Below, one piece after another: positions 38,255-48,017 of a DNA stretch of 64,000 nt. The notes under the pieces were generated by a model. It did no database searches. It saw only the letters and a list, made by a program, of their open reading frames with translations, and was not told where the DNA came from. Within the stretch, counting starts at the first letter, position 1, and every line of letters begins with the position of its first letter. Source of the DNA: Polyangiales bacterium (lineage in GTDB: Bacteria > Myxococcota_A > Polyangia > Polyangiales > Polyangiaceae); NCBI GenBank assembly GCA_038230375.1, contig JBBRNJ010000024.1:40529-104528 (forward strand). Direction: 5' to 3'. The position numbers were made by a program, and so were the translations under genes.

Positions 38255-40408
38255 TCAGAAGGCGACGCGCACCGGCTGGTCGCGTGACGTCGTGGTCCCG
38301 TCACCGAGCTGCCCTTGGCTGTTGTCGCCCCAGCACCACACAGCGCCAGAGGCGTCGCGTGCGCAGAAGTGATTCCGCCCTGCTGCGAGCTCGACGATGG
38401 CCGAGAGACCTGCGACCATCCTCGAAGTTCCCTTGGCGAAGCAGCTCACGCTGCCATCCGTGAGGATCGCGCACGAGGCGCTCTGACCAACGACGATCGA
38501 TCTCACGTGCGTATAGTTTCGCGCCCGACCAGGGGTCCACTTGCCGGTCGGATTCGTGACGTCAGCGACCTCTTCGTAGCCCCAGCAGGTCACGCCGCCG
38601 TCGTCGAGCACCGCGCAGTGACTCTCGAACCCGGCGAGTGATCGCACGCGACCGACGCCACGTGGGGCGACAGCAGTGCGCGTTCTCGGCCTGCCACCTG
38701 CAAGCTCGTACACCGAGTTGGCGCCCCAGCAGAGCGCGGTTGAAGCATGTGTTCGCCCGCATCTTCCGCCGCCTCCGACGGAGAGCTCGTCGATGTCGCG
38801 TGCGCCCTCGACGAAGGTTGGTTCGGTGCTGCCGATCTTTTCGCCTTCGTCGCGGTCGCCCCAGCAACGAACGCGGCCGTCCTCGCCGAGGGCACACGTC
38901 ATCGTGGCGGCACAAGACACCTGCTTGATGTGGGTGAGTCCAGGCACCGCGACGGGCACCGGGCCGGTTCTGGCATTGTCCCCCCAACACTGGAGCGTCG
39001 CGTCCTCCATCAACGCGCACGCGTGGTACTCACCGGGATGCACGGATCGGACGCCGCGCAAGTAGGGGCTTGCCGTCGGCGTGGTGCGGTCGGTCGTTGT
39101 CCCGTCGCCGAGCTGCGAGTTGTCGTTGTCGCCCCAGCATCGAACGGTTGCGTCCGCCATTCGCGCGCAGCTCACGTTGCCGCCGGCCGCGATCGTCGTC
39201 GGCCGAGAGCCCGTTGGCACAGCCACGGGCGTTACGCTGACGCTGGCCGGTGCCGTACCGAAGCCAGGCACAACGGTGGGCAGATCGCTCTTCGCCCTCT
39301 TCCCACCCCAGCATGCGACAGCGCCTGCGCGCGTGACCGCGCATGCATCGTCGGTGTAGACCGCGACGCTCGCGACGTCCTTCAGCGGAACCAGGACCGG
39401 CGCGGGATGGATTCGCCGAGGCTGTCCGGGAAGGACCTGGACTTCCGATGTGTCGCCCCAACATCGGACGGTGCCATCGCCCGCCGTTGCGCACGTGCTG
39501 AAGGCCCCGACGGAGACGTTCACGTTGTCGGGGGCGCCGCGCACCAGCACCGGGGTCTCGCGCGGGAGGGTCGTTCCGTCGCCGACCTGGCCTTTCCCGT
39601 TCTCGCCCCAGCAGGAGAGGCTGCGGTCTGCCGCAATCGCGCAGCCCTCGGCAAGCTGCGTCACGCCGCGCAGTGGTGAGGGGACGGCGACGCGGGCCTC
39701 GAGGGTCGAAGCGCAGCGCACCGTGCCGTCGCGGAGAAGGGCGCAAAGTCCAAGCGTCGCGCCGGGCGAGATGGCGACCGCTCCCTGGAATGCGGGCACC
39801 GCCGTGACGGCCCGTGGCATCTCGCAGGGGGCCGATCGAGCCTGCGATGCGTGCGCCATGTGAAACACAGTGCCGTCACTGCGCACGAAGAAACGGTCGA
39901 GGGTCGGCACGCTCGTCACCATCGCGCTCACGATGTCCGTCACGCCATCGATGACGCGAAGGGGGAATGCGGTGCCACCGCTACATGACGGGCTCCAGCC
40001 GCCCCAGCACGCCACGTGCCCATCGTCGAGAACCGCGCACATCGGCAAACCGTGGGCAAGTGCTCTTGCGGGACGCGGCAATGCGACGCGCAACGGGACA
40101 CGCGAGAAGTGACGGACGCCGTCGCCGAGGGAGCCAACGTCCCCGTCCCCCCAACAATAGACGTCGCCAGCGGTGGTCCGGACGCAGTGCGCGTCGCCGA
40201 TTCCGACCTCGGCCGCGTTTCCGAAGAAGGAGGGGCTCGTGCTGGACGGCGCGGGGTTGACCGGGGGTGGCGGGGCGGACGGGGCGGACGGCGGCGAGTC
40301 GACCGAGGGCGGCGATGTGGGGTTGACCTGCGGCGCCGAGGTGGTCGCACCGCACCCCACCATCAGCGCGACCGCCCCCGCAAAGAAGATCACCGAGAGG
40401 GTCGACAC
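38255..40408 (-). CDS. RCC1/BLIP-II repeat lipoprotein (probably two propellers)
   Basis: MVGC lipobox; many C-x5-G-x-V-x-CWG-x-N-xx-GQLGDGT repeats. The ORF-track extension to 42028 is spurious. Confidence 0.9.
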   Translation of the reverse strand: MSTLSVIFFAGAVALMVGCGATTSAPQVNPTSPPSVDSPPSAPSAPPPPVNPAPSSTSPSFFGNAAEVGIGDAHCVRTTAGDVYCWGDGDVGSLGDGVRHFSRVPLRVALPRPARALAHGLPMCAVLDDGHVACWGGWSPSCSGGTAFPLRVIDGVTDIVSAMVTSVPTLDRFFVRSDGTVFHMAHASQARSAPCEMPRAVTAVPAFQGAVAISPGATLGLCALLRDGTVRCASTLEARVAVPSPLRGVTQLAEGCAIAADRSLSCWGENGKGQVGDGTTLPRETPVLVRGAPDNVNVSVGAFSTCATAGDGTVRCWGDTSEVQVLPGQPRRIHPAPVLVPLKDVASVAVYTDDACAVTRAGAVACWGGKRAKSDLPTVVPGFGTAPASVSVTPVAVPTGSRPTTIAAGGNVSCARMADATVRCWGDNDNSQLGDGTTTDRTTPTASPYLRGVRSVHPGEYHACALMEDATLQCWGDNARTGPVPVAVPGLTHIKQVSCAATMTCALGEDGRVRCWGDRDEGEKIGSTEPTFVEGARDIDELSVGGGGRCGRTHASTALCWGANSVYELAGGRPRTRTAVAPRGVGRVRSLAGFESHCAVLDDGGVTCWGYEEVADVTNPTGKWTPGRARNYTHVRSIVVGQSASCAILTDGSVSCFAKGTSRMVAGLSAIVELAAGRNHFCARDASGAVWCWGDNSQGQLGDGTTTSRDQPVRVAF

Positions 40409-40498
40409 AATCTCTTCGACGATGCGCCAGCACGATTCATTCAACGTAGCGCCGGAGGCAAGACCCTGTGTTCGGAACAGCCGTGCTACCTTTGGACC

Positions 40499-41161
40499 GT
40501 GCCCCGGTGGTCGCGAAATCCGAACGCTGTCCTTGCACTTGCTGACCTTGCGTTGAGCGCCGAAGAAGGGTTTGTGCTCTCCCGACTCGACGCGCCGCTC
40601 GGCAGGGACGAGCTCATGAACCTCACGGGCCTGCCCGGCGAGCGGATCGACAACATCCTCGCGTTCCTGGAAGACAAGGGCCTGGCGCTCAGCGACACGC
40701 CGTCGATGCGTCCCGTGATGGCGACGATCCCCGAGACGGACTACGTGGCCAGCGCGGTCGAGATAGAGAGCACCGCCGTCGAGACAATGACTGCGCTCTT
40801 CGATCGCGAATGGCATGACGACGCCCCCGAGGCAGCGCGTGCGGCCGCATACGACGAGCTTCGCTCCAGGTTCGCGACGGCGGCTCCGGAGGAATGCGCG
40901 ACCTTCATCGTCGAAACAGAAGGGCGCGCGCTGGAGATTCTCCGCGGCATTCCGCTGCCTGGTCGCACCACCGCGATCCTCTCCGCGCGCCAGAGTTTGT
41001 CGGTCGCATTCGTTCGCAACCTGGCCAAGTTCCCGGGCTGCCCAGCAACGCTCCTTGCGCACGTGTCTCGGCAGCCGCTCGTTCAACGCGACTCGCAGCT
41101 CCGCAACCTTCTGCACCGCCATCCGAACATGCCCGTGGAGGCGAAGCGGCGCGGCAAGTGA
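40499..41161 (+). CDS. Hypothetical protein (N-terminal winged-helix-like, C-terminal helical repeat)
   Basis: LSAEEGFVLSRLD...ELMNLTGL; LLHRHPNMP; TACCTT 6 nt before the GTG. Confidence 0.65.
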   Translation: MPRWSRNPNAVLALADLALSAEEGFVLSRLDAPLGRDELMNLTGLPGERIDNILAFLEDKGLALSDTPSMRPVMATIPETDYVASAVEIESTAVETMTALFDREWHDDAPEAARAAAYDELRSRFATAAPEECATFIVETEGRALEILRGIPLPGRTTAILSARQSLSVAFVRNLAKFPGCPATLLAHVSRQPLVQRDSQLRNLLHRHPNMPVEAKRRGK

Positions 41162-41233
41162 CACCGTCCTGGGGGTGAACGCCGGGTCGGCGCGCGAGCG
41201 AGCGGGGCGGCGCAACCGCTTGACGCGTTTGCG

Positions 41234-41503
41234 ATGACGCAGCCCGCAGTCTCTCGCCACCTCCGGGTCCTGGAGGGCGCGGGCCTCATCGTTCGTCGAA
41301 TCGACGGCTCGAAGCGTCCGTGTCGGCTCGCTCCAGCTGCGATCGACGAGGTCGACCGATGGCTCGCGATGTTGCGGGATGCCTTGGGCAGGAACTACGA
41401 CCGGCTCGACCTGCTGCTCGCCGAAAAGGCCGGCGCGCGAAAGCCACCTCGTGCCACAAGGCCCGTTGATCGAACGAAGAGAAAGCGAAAGGGAAGCCGA
41501 TGA
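41234..41503 (+). pseudogene. 5'-truncated ArsR/SmtB-family regulator
   Basis: Begins at the recognition helix (FAMTQPAVSRHLRVLEGAGLI); the ALADPTRR helix is absent upstream. Confidence 0.7.
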
Positions 41504-41595
41504 AGACCGCGATGCTGGCCACGGGAATGGAGCACGGCATGGAAAATTCGTACGCGCGCCTGGAGCGAGTTTCCGGTTGGGACGGGCTCCTTTGA
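41500..41595 (+). pseudogene. SRPBCC/AHSA1 C-terminal remnant
   Basis: ATGA-coupled 31-codon ORF MKTAMLATGMEHGMENSYARLERV..., matching the terminal helix of this family. Confidence 0.6.
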
Positions 41596-41681
41596 ACGCC
41601 TGAACCCGCACGTACGCCCGCGCAGCCTCGCGAAAGCGAGACGCTGCGGGAACGGCGAGCGTTCCGCGTTGTCGTAGCGTC

Positions 41682-42050
41682 ATGCGAAACGCCAGCGCGT
41701 TCCTCCTGGCTGCGATTGTCCTGTCCACGGCATGCGGAACGACGGCGACTCCGACATCGTTCGTGGAGCCCGAGCAGCCTCCGTCCCCGTTGCCGTGTGC
41801 AGGGCAGGTGCGCGAGGACAGCGTCGCCATTCCGGAGCTGGGGCCCCTGCCGTCCGGCGATCCCGTGACCGCAGGGCTGGCGCTCACGTGCGCGGCGCAA
41901 TCCCTGAAAATTGTTCGCTGGAGTCCCGACTCCGTTGCCGTCGATATCGTCCCTCGCGAGCGTGCGATGGAAGTCTGGGCGGCATGGTCACGCGGCACGA
42001 CAGCCGACGAACGCTGGCTCGAGATCACGCAGGCGCTCGCCGGCCCGTGA
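41682..42050 (+). CDS. Hypothetical lipoprotein
   Basis: STAC lipobox. Confidence 0.6.
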   Translation: MRNASAFLLAAIVLSTACGTTATPTSFVEPEQPPSPLPCAGQVREDSVAIPELGPLPSGDPVTAGLALTCAAQSLKIVRWSPDSVAVDIVPRERAMEVWAAWSRGTTADERWLEITQALAGP

Positions 42051-42084
42051 GCATTTTGCGGTCGTCAATCGTGCGTGTGCGACG

Positions 42085-43053
42085 TCAGTCCGGCGGCCGG
42101 TGGTGGATCCCGTCCACGCGCCCCGTGAGCCTCACCTTGGAGCCATCCGCGCCGATGAGGTTCTCACACGTGAACGACGACACGTACCGGCCGCCGATGC
42201 CTTCATCCAGCTCCACGTTGGTGATGCAGTTGCCAGAGAACGCGAGCGTGCACGTCGGACACCATGACCTGTCGATGGTGAGTGGCTCCGTGGAACCGGC
42301 GTACGTGGCGAACCCGTATCCGTCGCCGTCGTTGCCCGTGGTGGTGCACGCGTAGTTGTCCCCGTAGCCAACGGCGTGTGCGTTGTAGGCGCCGGTGATG
42401 TCCATCTCGCAGCTCGGCTTCCCCGCATCGTTCACATAGGTGGCGGCGTCGGGCGGTGGTCCCGCATCCGTGCCTTCGCGCCCCCGAAGCGTGATCGTGC
42501 CCTTCACGCGCACCGAGATCGTGCCGTGTACTTGAGCGACGAGCTCCGAGCAGTCGAATCGAGCAGACATGCCGCCCTTCTGCGTGGGCGCGAACGCGTC
42601 GATCGTGACCTTGCACCCCACGCCGTTCAGGTCGTAGTAGCTCTCGTAGCTGGAGACGCCTTCGTCGTAGCCGTACGTGGAATAGCTGCCGTTCAGTGCG
42701 TCATACGTGCCGGCTCCCGTGACGTCGGGAACGTACACGTAGAAGCCACGCGAGGTCATGGAGTCCGTCGTGGCGAGCACGCAGCCCAGGTACATGCCTC
42801 TCGGGTCGAGCGACGCCGACGCGCGCGAGCCACCTGTCGGTAGCACCACGTCCGTTCCATCCACGGAGATCGTGCAGTCCCCCGAGGATGATCCCATTGC
42901 GCTCCCTGCTTCGCCGCCCACGCCACCATCGGCAGCGGCATCACTGTCGCCGTTCTGGCCGTTCGTGCCGTTCGCGCCATTGGCGGCGATCACGCCGCAC
43001 GCGACGGAGAAGGACGAAAGCAACGCCAGCTGGATCCACGCAAACGTCTTCAT
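42085..43053 (-). CDS. Cys-containing lipoprotein with two related beta domains
   Basis: SVAC lipobox; internal repeats (CTISVDG / CEMDITG; FDCSEL / FTCENL). Confidence 0.75.
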   Translation of the reverse strand: MKTFAWIQLALLSSFSVACGVIAANGANGTNGQNGDSDAAADGGVGGEAGSAMGSSSGDCTISVDGTDVVLPTGGSRASASLDPRGMYLGCVLATTDSMTSRGFYVYVPDVTGAGTYDALNGSYSTYGYDEGVSSYESYYDLNGVGCKVTIDAFAPTQKGGMSARFDCSELVAQVHGTISVRVKGTITLRGREGTDAGPPPDAATYVNDAGKPSCEMDITGAYNAHAVGYGDNYACTTTGNDGDGYGFATYAGSTEPLTIDRSWCPTCTLAFSGNCITNVELDEGIGGRYVSSFTCENLIGADGSKVRLTGRVDGIHHRPPD

Positions 43054-43167
43054 GTGCCCTGCCTTGGGATGGCGCGGTATGGTTCGTCATGAAATCGACA
43101 CTGGTTCAGTGACTCCGGACCAGCGGCCTGGGTTGCTGTAGCCTGCGAGCGGAACGGAGATCAGATC

Positions 43168-44313
43168 ATGGCGACGGATAGTTCGGGCTCGGGTCTTCAG
43201 CTGCGTTCAGTCGTGAAGAAGGATGGGGTGCTGGAGCTCTCGCTCGTCAGCGTGCCCACTCCGGAGCCGGCGCCCGATGAAGTGGTCGTTCGCGTGGATG
43301 CGGCCCCGATCAATCCGTCGGATCTCGGCCTGCTCTTTGGCGCCGCGGACATGAGCACCGCAAAGGTCAGTGGCACGGGTGCAAGCACTGTCGTCACTGC
43401 GACGGTGCCCGAGAAGGCGATGCGGGCGATGTCCGCGCGCATCGACGTGTCAATGCCCGTCGGGAACGAGGGCGCTGGTGTGGTCGTGCGAGCGGGCTCT
43501 TCCGGCGCGGCGAGCGCGCTCATGGGTAAGACCGTCGCGGTCCTGGGCGGCGCCATGTTCTCGCAGTACCGGACCGTCAAGGTGCAGCAGTGCCTCGTCC
43601 TCCTGGAAGGAACCACTGCGAAGGACGGCGCGTCGTGCTTCGTCAATCCGCTCACCGCGCTCGGCATGGTCGAGACCATGAAGCTCGAAGGTCACAAGGC
43701 ACTCGTGCACACGGCGGCCGCGTCCAATCTGGGGCTGATGTTGAATCGGCTCTGCATCGCGGACAAGGTTCCGCTCGTGAACATCGTGCGAAAGGCGGAG
43801 CAGGTTGCTGCGCTCACGGCGCTCGGCGCGGCGCACATCTGCAATTCATCGTCACCTTCGTTCATGGAGGAACTGACCGCGGCCCTCGTCCAGACCGGCG
43901 CCACGCTCGCGTTCGATGCGATCGGCGGCGGCAAGATCGCCGGGCAGATCCTGACGTGCATGGAGGCCGCGATCAACGCGACGGCCAAGGGCTACAGCCG
44001 CTACGGCTCCACGACGCACAAGCAGGTCTACATCTACGGCGGCCTCGACATGGGCCCGACGGAGCTGTCACGCAGCTTTGGAATGGCCTGGGGAGTCGGC
44101 GGTTGGCTCGTGTCCCCGTTCATGCAGAAGATCGGACCCGCCGCGACGATGAAGCTGCAGGAGCGCATCGCCCGCGAGCTCAAGACCATCTTCGCGAGCA
44201 CGTACTCGGGAGAAGGCTCCCTTGCCGAGACCCTGTCCATGGAAGCCATGAACAGCTACGGCAAGCGGGCCACTGGCGAAAAATACCTGGTCGTACCCAG
44301 CAAAGACGCCTGA
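43168..44313 (+). CDS. MDR-superfamily NAD(P)H oxidoreductase (enoyl/quinone reductase-like)
   Basis: AAPINPSDLG, VGNEGAG, FVNPLTA, HTAAASNLG, FDAIGGG. Confidence 0.9.
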   Translation: MATDSSGSGLQLRSVVKKDGVLELSLVSVPTPEPAPDEVVVRVDAAPINPSDLGLLFGAADMSTAKVSGTGASTVVTATVPEKAMRAMSARIDVSMPVGNEGAGVVVRAGSSGAASALMGKTVAVLGGAMFSQYRTVKVQQCLVLLEGTTAKDGASCFVNPLTALGMVETMKLEGHKALVHTAAASNLGLMLNRLCIADKVPLVNIVRKAEQVAALTALGAAHICNSSSPSFMEELTAALVQTGATLAFDAIGGGKIAGQILTCMEAAINATAKGYSRYGSTTHKQVYIYGGLDMGPTELSRSFGMAWGVGGWLVSPFMQKIGPAATMKLQERIARELKTIFASTYSGEGSLAETLSMEAMNSYGKRATGEKYLVVPSKDA

Positions 44314-44437
44314 GGCCGCGACGCTACCAGCGGATGACCGCGGACACCCCATCCTCATTGCAGCCGGTGAGTGGGGGGTTGCCGCTTGCGCCGCGGCGCC
44401 CTTTCGCTCTATTAAATAAGGCGATCGTCGCATCCAC

Positions 44438-45853
44438 ATGCACACGCTGCCACCAAGCACCGGCTCACCGGCGCGAATCCCTCAGGCCGGGGAGATCTTC
44501 GCGGAGAAGTACCGGATCGAGCGGGTCATTGGCGTCGGGGGCATGGGCATCGTGCTGGCCGCCACGCACATCCACCTCGACCAGCGCGTCGCGATCAAGA
44601 TGCTCCTCCCGCAGCTCGCGCAGAACGAGCAGCACGTGGCGCGGTTTCTCCGCGAAGGCCGCGCGGTCATCAAGATTCGAAGCGAGCACGTGGCGCGCGT
44701 TCTCGACGTTGGTCGTCCTGCCATGGGCGCGCCGTACCTGGTGATGGAATACCTGGAAGGCACGGACCTGGCCGCGCACCTCCACAGGCACGGGGTGCTG
44801 CCGATCACGGTCGCCGTGGACTACGTCATGGAGGCGTGCGAAGCCCTCGCGGAGGCGCACGCAATGGGCACGATCCATCGCGACCTGAAGCCCGCCAATC
44901 TCTTCGTCGCGGAGCGGCCCGATGGAACCAGGTGTATCAAGCTGCTCGACTTCGGTATCTCGAAGGTCATGGATGGCGTTGGCACAGGCGACCAGTCCAT
45001 GACGAAGACGTCCACGCTCATGGGCTCGCCGATCTACATGTCGCCGGAGCAGCTTCGCAGCTTGCGCTCGGTCGACACGCGCACGGACATCCGGGCGCTG
45101 GGCGTCATCCTGTACGAGTCGATCGTTGGCAACCCGCCGTTCGCCGGCGACTCGCTCCCCGAGCTCTCCGTGTCGATCCTCACGATGGGCGCGCCGCTCC
45201 TTTGCAAGTTGCGCCCGGAGGCGCCCGCAGGTCTCGAGCTCGTGATCGCAGGATGCCTGAAGAAAGACGTCACGAAGCGCATTCCGGACGTGGGCACGCT
45301 GGCGAACGCGCTCGCGCCGTTCGGCTCACCACGGGCGCACGAGTCGCTGGAGAACATCCGGAGCTTCCTCTCGAGCGCCGGGTCGGTGCGGGCCGCCGTT
45401 GCTGCGTCGCCGTCGCAGAGCGGCGCGAATCCACGCGCATTCGACGTGAGCGCGGTCGCACGCACGGAGGCCGCGTGGGACAACGCCCCGCAGAAGAGCC
45501 GTGCAACGCGGCTCGCGTTCATCGCTGGTGGTGTCGTCGCTGCACTTGCGGTTCTCGGCGGTCTCGGCATCGCGTTTCGACCGCACGCGAAGGTCGTGAC
45601 GGCGCCGCCAGCGTCAGCCTCCACGCCCGCCGTCGCGCTTGCGATGGTGGAGGGGCCGCCTGCGATTCCGTCTGCGGCTCCGCCAGCGTCTCCTCCCCCG
45701 TCCATGGGTGGTGCCGCGGTCGGCGGGCCGGGTGTCGACGTCGACGCGGGTCGTGCGCCGATGAAGCCGTTGCCGCCGCGCCCGGTCGCGCGTCCGCCCG
45801 CCGCGAAGCCCTCCGCAGACCCGAGCGGTCTCACCACGGACCGCCACGGATGA
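44438..45853 (+). CDS. Membrane Ser/Thr protein kinase
   Basis: GVGGMG, VAIK, HRDLKPAN, DFG, YMSPEQ; TM and Pro-rich tail ending GLTTDRHG. Confidence 0.95.
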   Translation: MHTLPPSTGSPARIPQAGEIFAEKYRIERVIGVGGMGIVLAATHIHLDQRVAIKMLLPQLAQNEQHVARFLREGRAVIKIRSEHVARVLDVGRPAMGAPYLVMEYLEGTDLAAHLHRHGVLPITVAVDYVMEACEALAEAHAMGTIHRDLKPANLFVAERPDGTRCIKLLDFGISKVMDGVGTGDQSMTKTSTLMGSPIYMSPEQLRSLRSVDTRTDIRALGVILYESIVGNPPFAGDSLPELSVSILTMGAPLLCKLRPEAPAGLELVIAGCLKKDVTKRIPDVGTLANALAPFGSPRAHESLENIRSFLSSAGSVRAAVAASPSQSGANPRAFDVSAVARTEAAWDNAPQKSRATRLAFIAGGVVAALAVLGGLGIAFRPHAKVVTAPPASASTPAVALAMVEGPPAIPSAAPPASPPPSMGGAAVGGPGVDVDAGRAPMKPLPPRPVARPPAAKPSADPSGLTTDRHG

Positions 45854-46842
45854 TGCGCAAGCGGTCTGCCTTCTGCCTGTCTCTGCTTCTTGCATCGGCG
45901 GTTGCGCGATCCGCGCACGCGGACGCCACGAACGAGGAGAAGGCGGAGAAGCTCTTCAACGAGGCTGTCGCGCTGGCGAGCGCGCAGCACTATCCCGAGG
46001 CGTGTCCGAAGTTCGAGCTGAGTCAGAAGCTGGATCCTGCGCTCGGCACGCAGTTCAACCTTGCTGACTGCTATGAGCACACGGGGAAGAAGGAGAGCGC
46101 GCGTCGCCTGTTCGTGGAGGTCGCGACAGCGGCGAGGGCCGCGGGAAAGGCGGCGAGAGAGAAGAGCGCACGCGATCGCGCGGCCTCGCTGGAGGCGGCC
46201 GTGGCAAGGCTCACAGTCGTTGTCGCGCAGGCGGATACCGGTCTCGCGATCACGGTGGATGGCGCGCCGCTGTCCGCCGCCGAGTGGAACAAGCCGTCGC
46301 CGGTGGACGCAGGGCCCCATGTCGTCAGCGCATCCGCACCGGGAAAAATGCCCTTCGAGGCGAAGATCGCATCGCGCGATGGCGCCACCACCGAGCTCAC
46401 GCTCCCTGCGCTCGAGAGCGTTCCGGTCGTCGTTGCGCCGCCGGCCGAAAAGCGAGCGCCAGTCGCGTCGCCACGGCTGGAGGGCAGTGGCCGACGCACG
46501 GCTGCGTATGTCGTCGGCGGCATCGGCGCGGTGGGTCTGCTCGTCGGCGGTGGTGCAGGGGTCCTCTCGATCCTGAAGCACGGTGACGCCGTGAAGCAGT
46601 GTCCCAGCCACGACCAGCCGTGCAGCAATCCGGATGCGCGCGCATCGTGGAAGACCGCGACGGACGCAGGCAACGTGTCGACCGTCGCGTTCGTCGTGGG
46701 AGGGGCCGTGACGGCGGCGGCGCTCGTGCTGTGGATCACTGCGCCCAAGCCGGCGGGGACCTCGCCGTCGACCGCCACGTGGCAGCTGGCGCCAGCGGTA
46801 GGCGCGCACGATCTGGGGCTCTTCGCGACGGGTCGGTTTTGA
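45850..46842 (+). CDS. TPR plus PEGA-like exported protein
   Basis: Signal AHA|D; YPEACPKFELSQKLDP..GTQFNLADCYE; C-terminal hydrophobic helices and terminal ATGRF; ATGA overlap. Confidence 0.85.
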   Translation: MMRKRSAFCLSLLLASAVARSAHADATNEEKAEKLFNEAVALASAQHYPEACPKFELSQKLDPALGTQFNLADCYEHTGKKESARRLFVEVATAARAAGKAAREKSARDRAASLEAAVARLTVVVAQADTGLAITVDGAPLSAAEWNKPSPVDAGPHVVSASAPGKMPFEAKIASRDGATTELTLPALESVPVVVAPPAEKRAPVASPRLEGSGRRTAAYVVGGIGAVGLLVGGGAGVLSILKHGDAVKQCPSHDQPCSNPDARASWKTATDAGNVSTVAFVVGGAVTAAALVLWITAPKPAGTSPSTATWQLAPAVGAHDLGLFATGRF

Positions 46843-48017
46843 CCGGTCGCCTGCGCGTCGTGCTTGTGCTCGCCGCCATGATGGGCGCGGTCGGCGGCTG
46901 CAACGCGCTGCTCGACAACGGCTACGCCGACGCACCCGCGGCGGACGCAAGCGCTCCGGATGCAACGGCGATAGACGCAGCGGCCCATGACGGAGGCTCG
47001 GACCTGAAAGCGGACGCCTCCGCCGATGCGACGACGTTGCCGCCTTCCTGCGACGCGAGCGTGGACTACACCACCGACCCTCTCAACTGCGGCGGCTGCG
47101 GACACAATTGCGGCGGGAAGAAATGCATCGGCGCGCAGTGCGAGCTCACCAACTACGTGGGCCCGATCACCGGCCCGACGCACCTCGCGCTCGGGAGCAC
47201 GAGCATCTTCTGGTCGAGCTCCACCACCATCGGCTTCGTCAGCTACGACGGCGGCACCGCGCAGTCCCACGCGCTGCCAAACGATGGCGGCTCCAACCCG
47301 ATCGCCGTCGCGCCGACCGCCGGCCAGCCGGACACGCTGCTCGCCGCGCCACGCAACGCCGCCAACGGCAGCACCGAGTACGATTTCTGTCCGACGCTCG
47401 CTTCATGCAACAGCATGGACACGGAGAACCTCCCGGGGTACGTGACGTCGACCGTCCAGGGCGAGGTGACCATGTTCGTCGGCTACGACGGCGGGATCAC
47501 CGGCCACGACATCGCACTTGGGATTACCACCGCATTGCCCGCGGCCATGGGCGACGCCGTGGAGCGCATGGAGGTGACGACCACCAGCATCTTCTGGAAT
47601 TCGCGCGGACTCGTGAAGAGCACCGACTTCACGGGGGCGACGGCCACGACCGTCGTCAACGGGCCAGCGCCGGCCACCGCGTTCTCCGTCTTCAAGGCGA
47701 CGGTCATCGCCTTCGGCACGACCGCGAACGAGATCAGGATCTGTACCGTGGGCAGTACCTGCCCCACGTCGACGCTGGTGACAACGACACAGGCCGCACC
47801 GGGCGCCGTCGTGCTCGACAACGGCGCTGCCTACTGGACCGATGGCGATACGATCAAGAAGTGCACGAAGCCGTTTCCGTGCGCCGCGCCCGCGATCATC
47901 CTGGCGAAGGCCCAGCCCAACGTGCGTGAGCTCGCGCTCGACGGTACTACGCTCTACTGGGTGAGCTACGGCGACGACGCGGGTGCTGGCGGGTGGCTGC
48001 GAAGCGTGCCGAAATGA
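46839..48017 (+). CDS. Lipoprotein with Cys knuckle and YWT-type beta-propeller
   Basis: GGCNALLDNGY; DPLNCGGCGHNC; IFWS/IFWN/AYWT/LYWV repeats; TTGA overlap. Confidence 0.8.
   Translation: MTGRLRVVLVLAAMMGAVGGCNALLDNGYADAPAADASAPDATAIDAAAHDGGSDLKADASADATTLPPSCDASVDYTTDPLNCGGCGHNCGGKKCIGAQCELTNYVGPITGPTHLALGSTSIFWSSSTTIGFVSYDGGTAQSHALPNDGGSNPIAVAPTAGQPDTLLAAPRNAANGSTEYDFCPTLASCNSMDTENLPGYVTSTVQGEVTMFVGYDGGITGHDIALGITTALPAAMGDAVERMEVTTTSIFWNSRGLVKSTDFTGATATTVVNGPAPATAFSVFKATVIAFGTTANEIRICTVGSTCPTSTLVTTTQAAPGAVVLDNGAAYWTDGDTIKKCTKPFPCAAPAIILAKAQPNVRELALDGTTLYWVSYGDDAGAGGWLRSVPK

Noticed and set aside
40409..42028. N-terminal 540 aa of the 1257-aa RCC1 ORF
   Set aside because: Overlaps plus-strand genes; the real lipoprotein signal begins near 40408.
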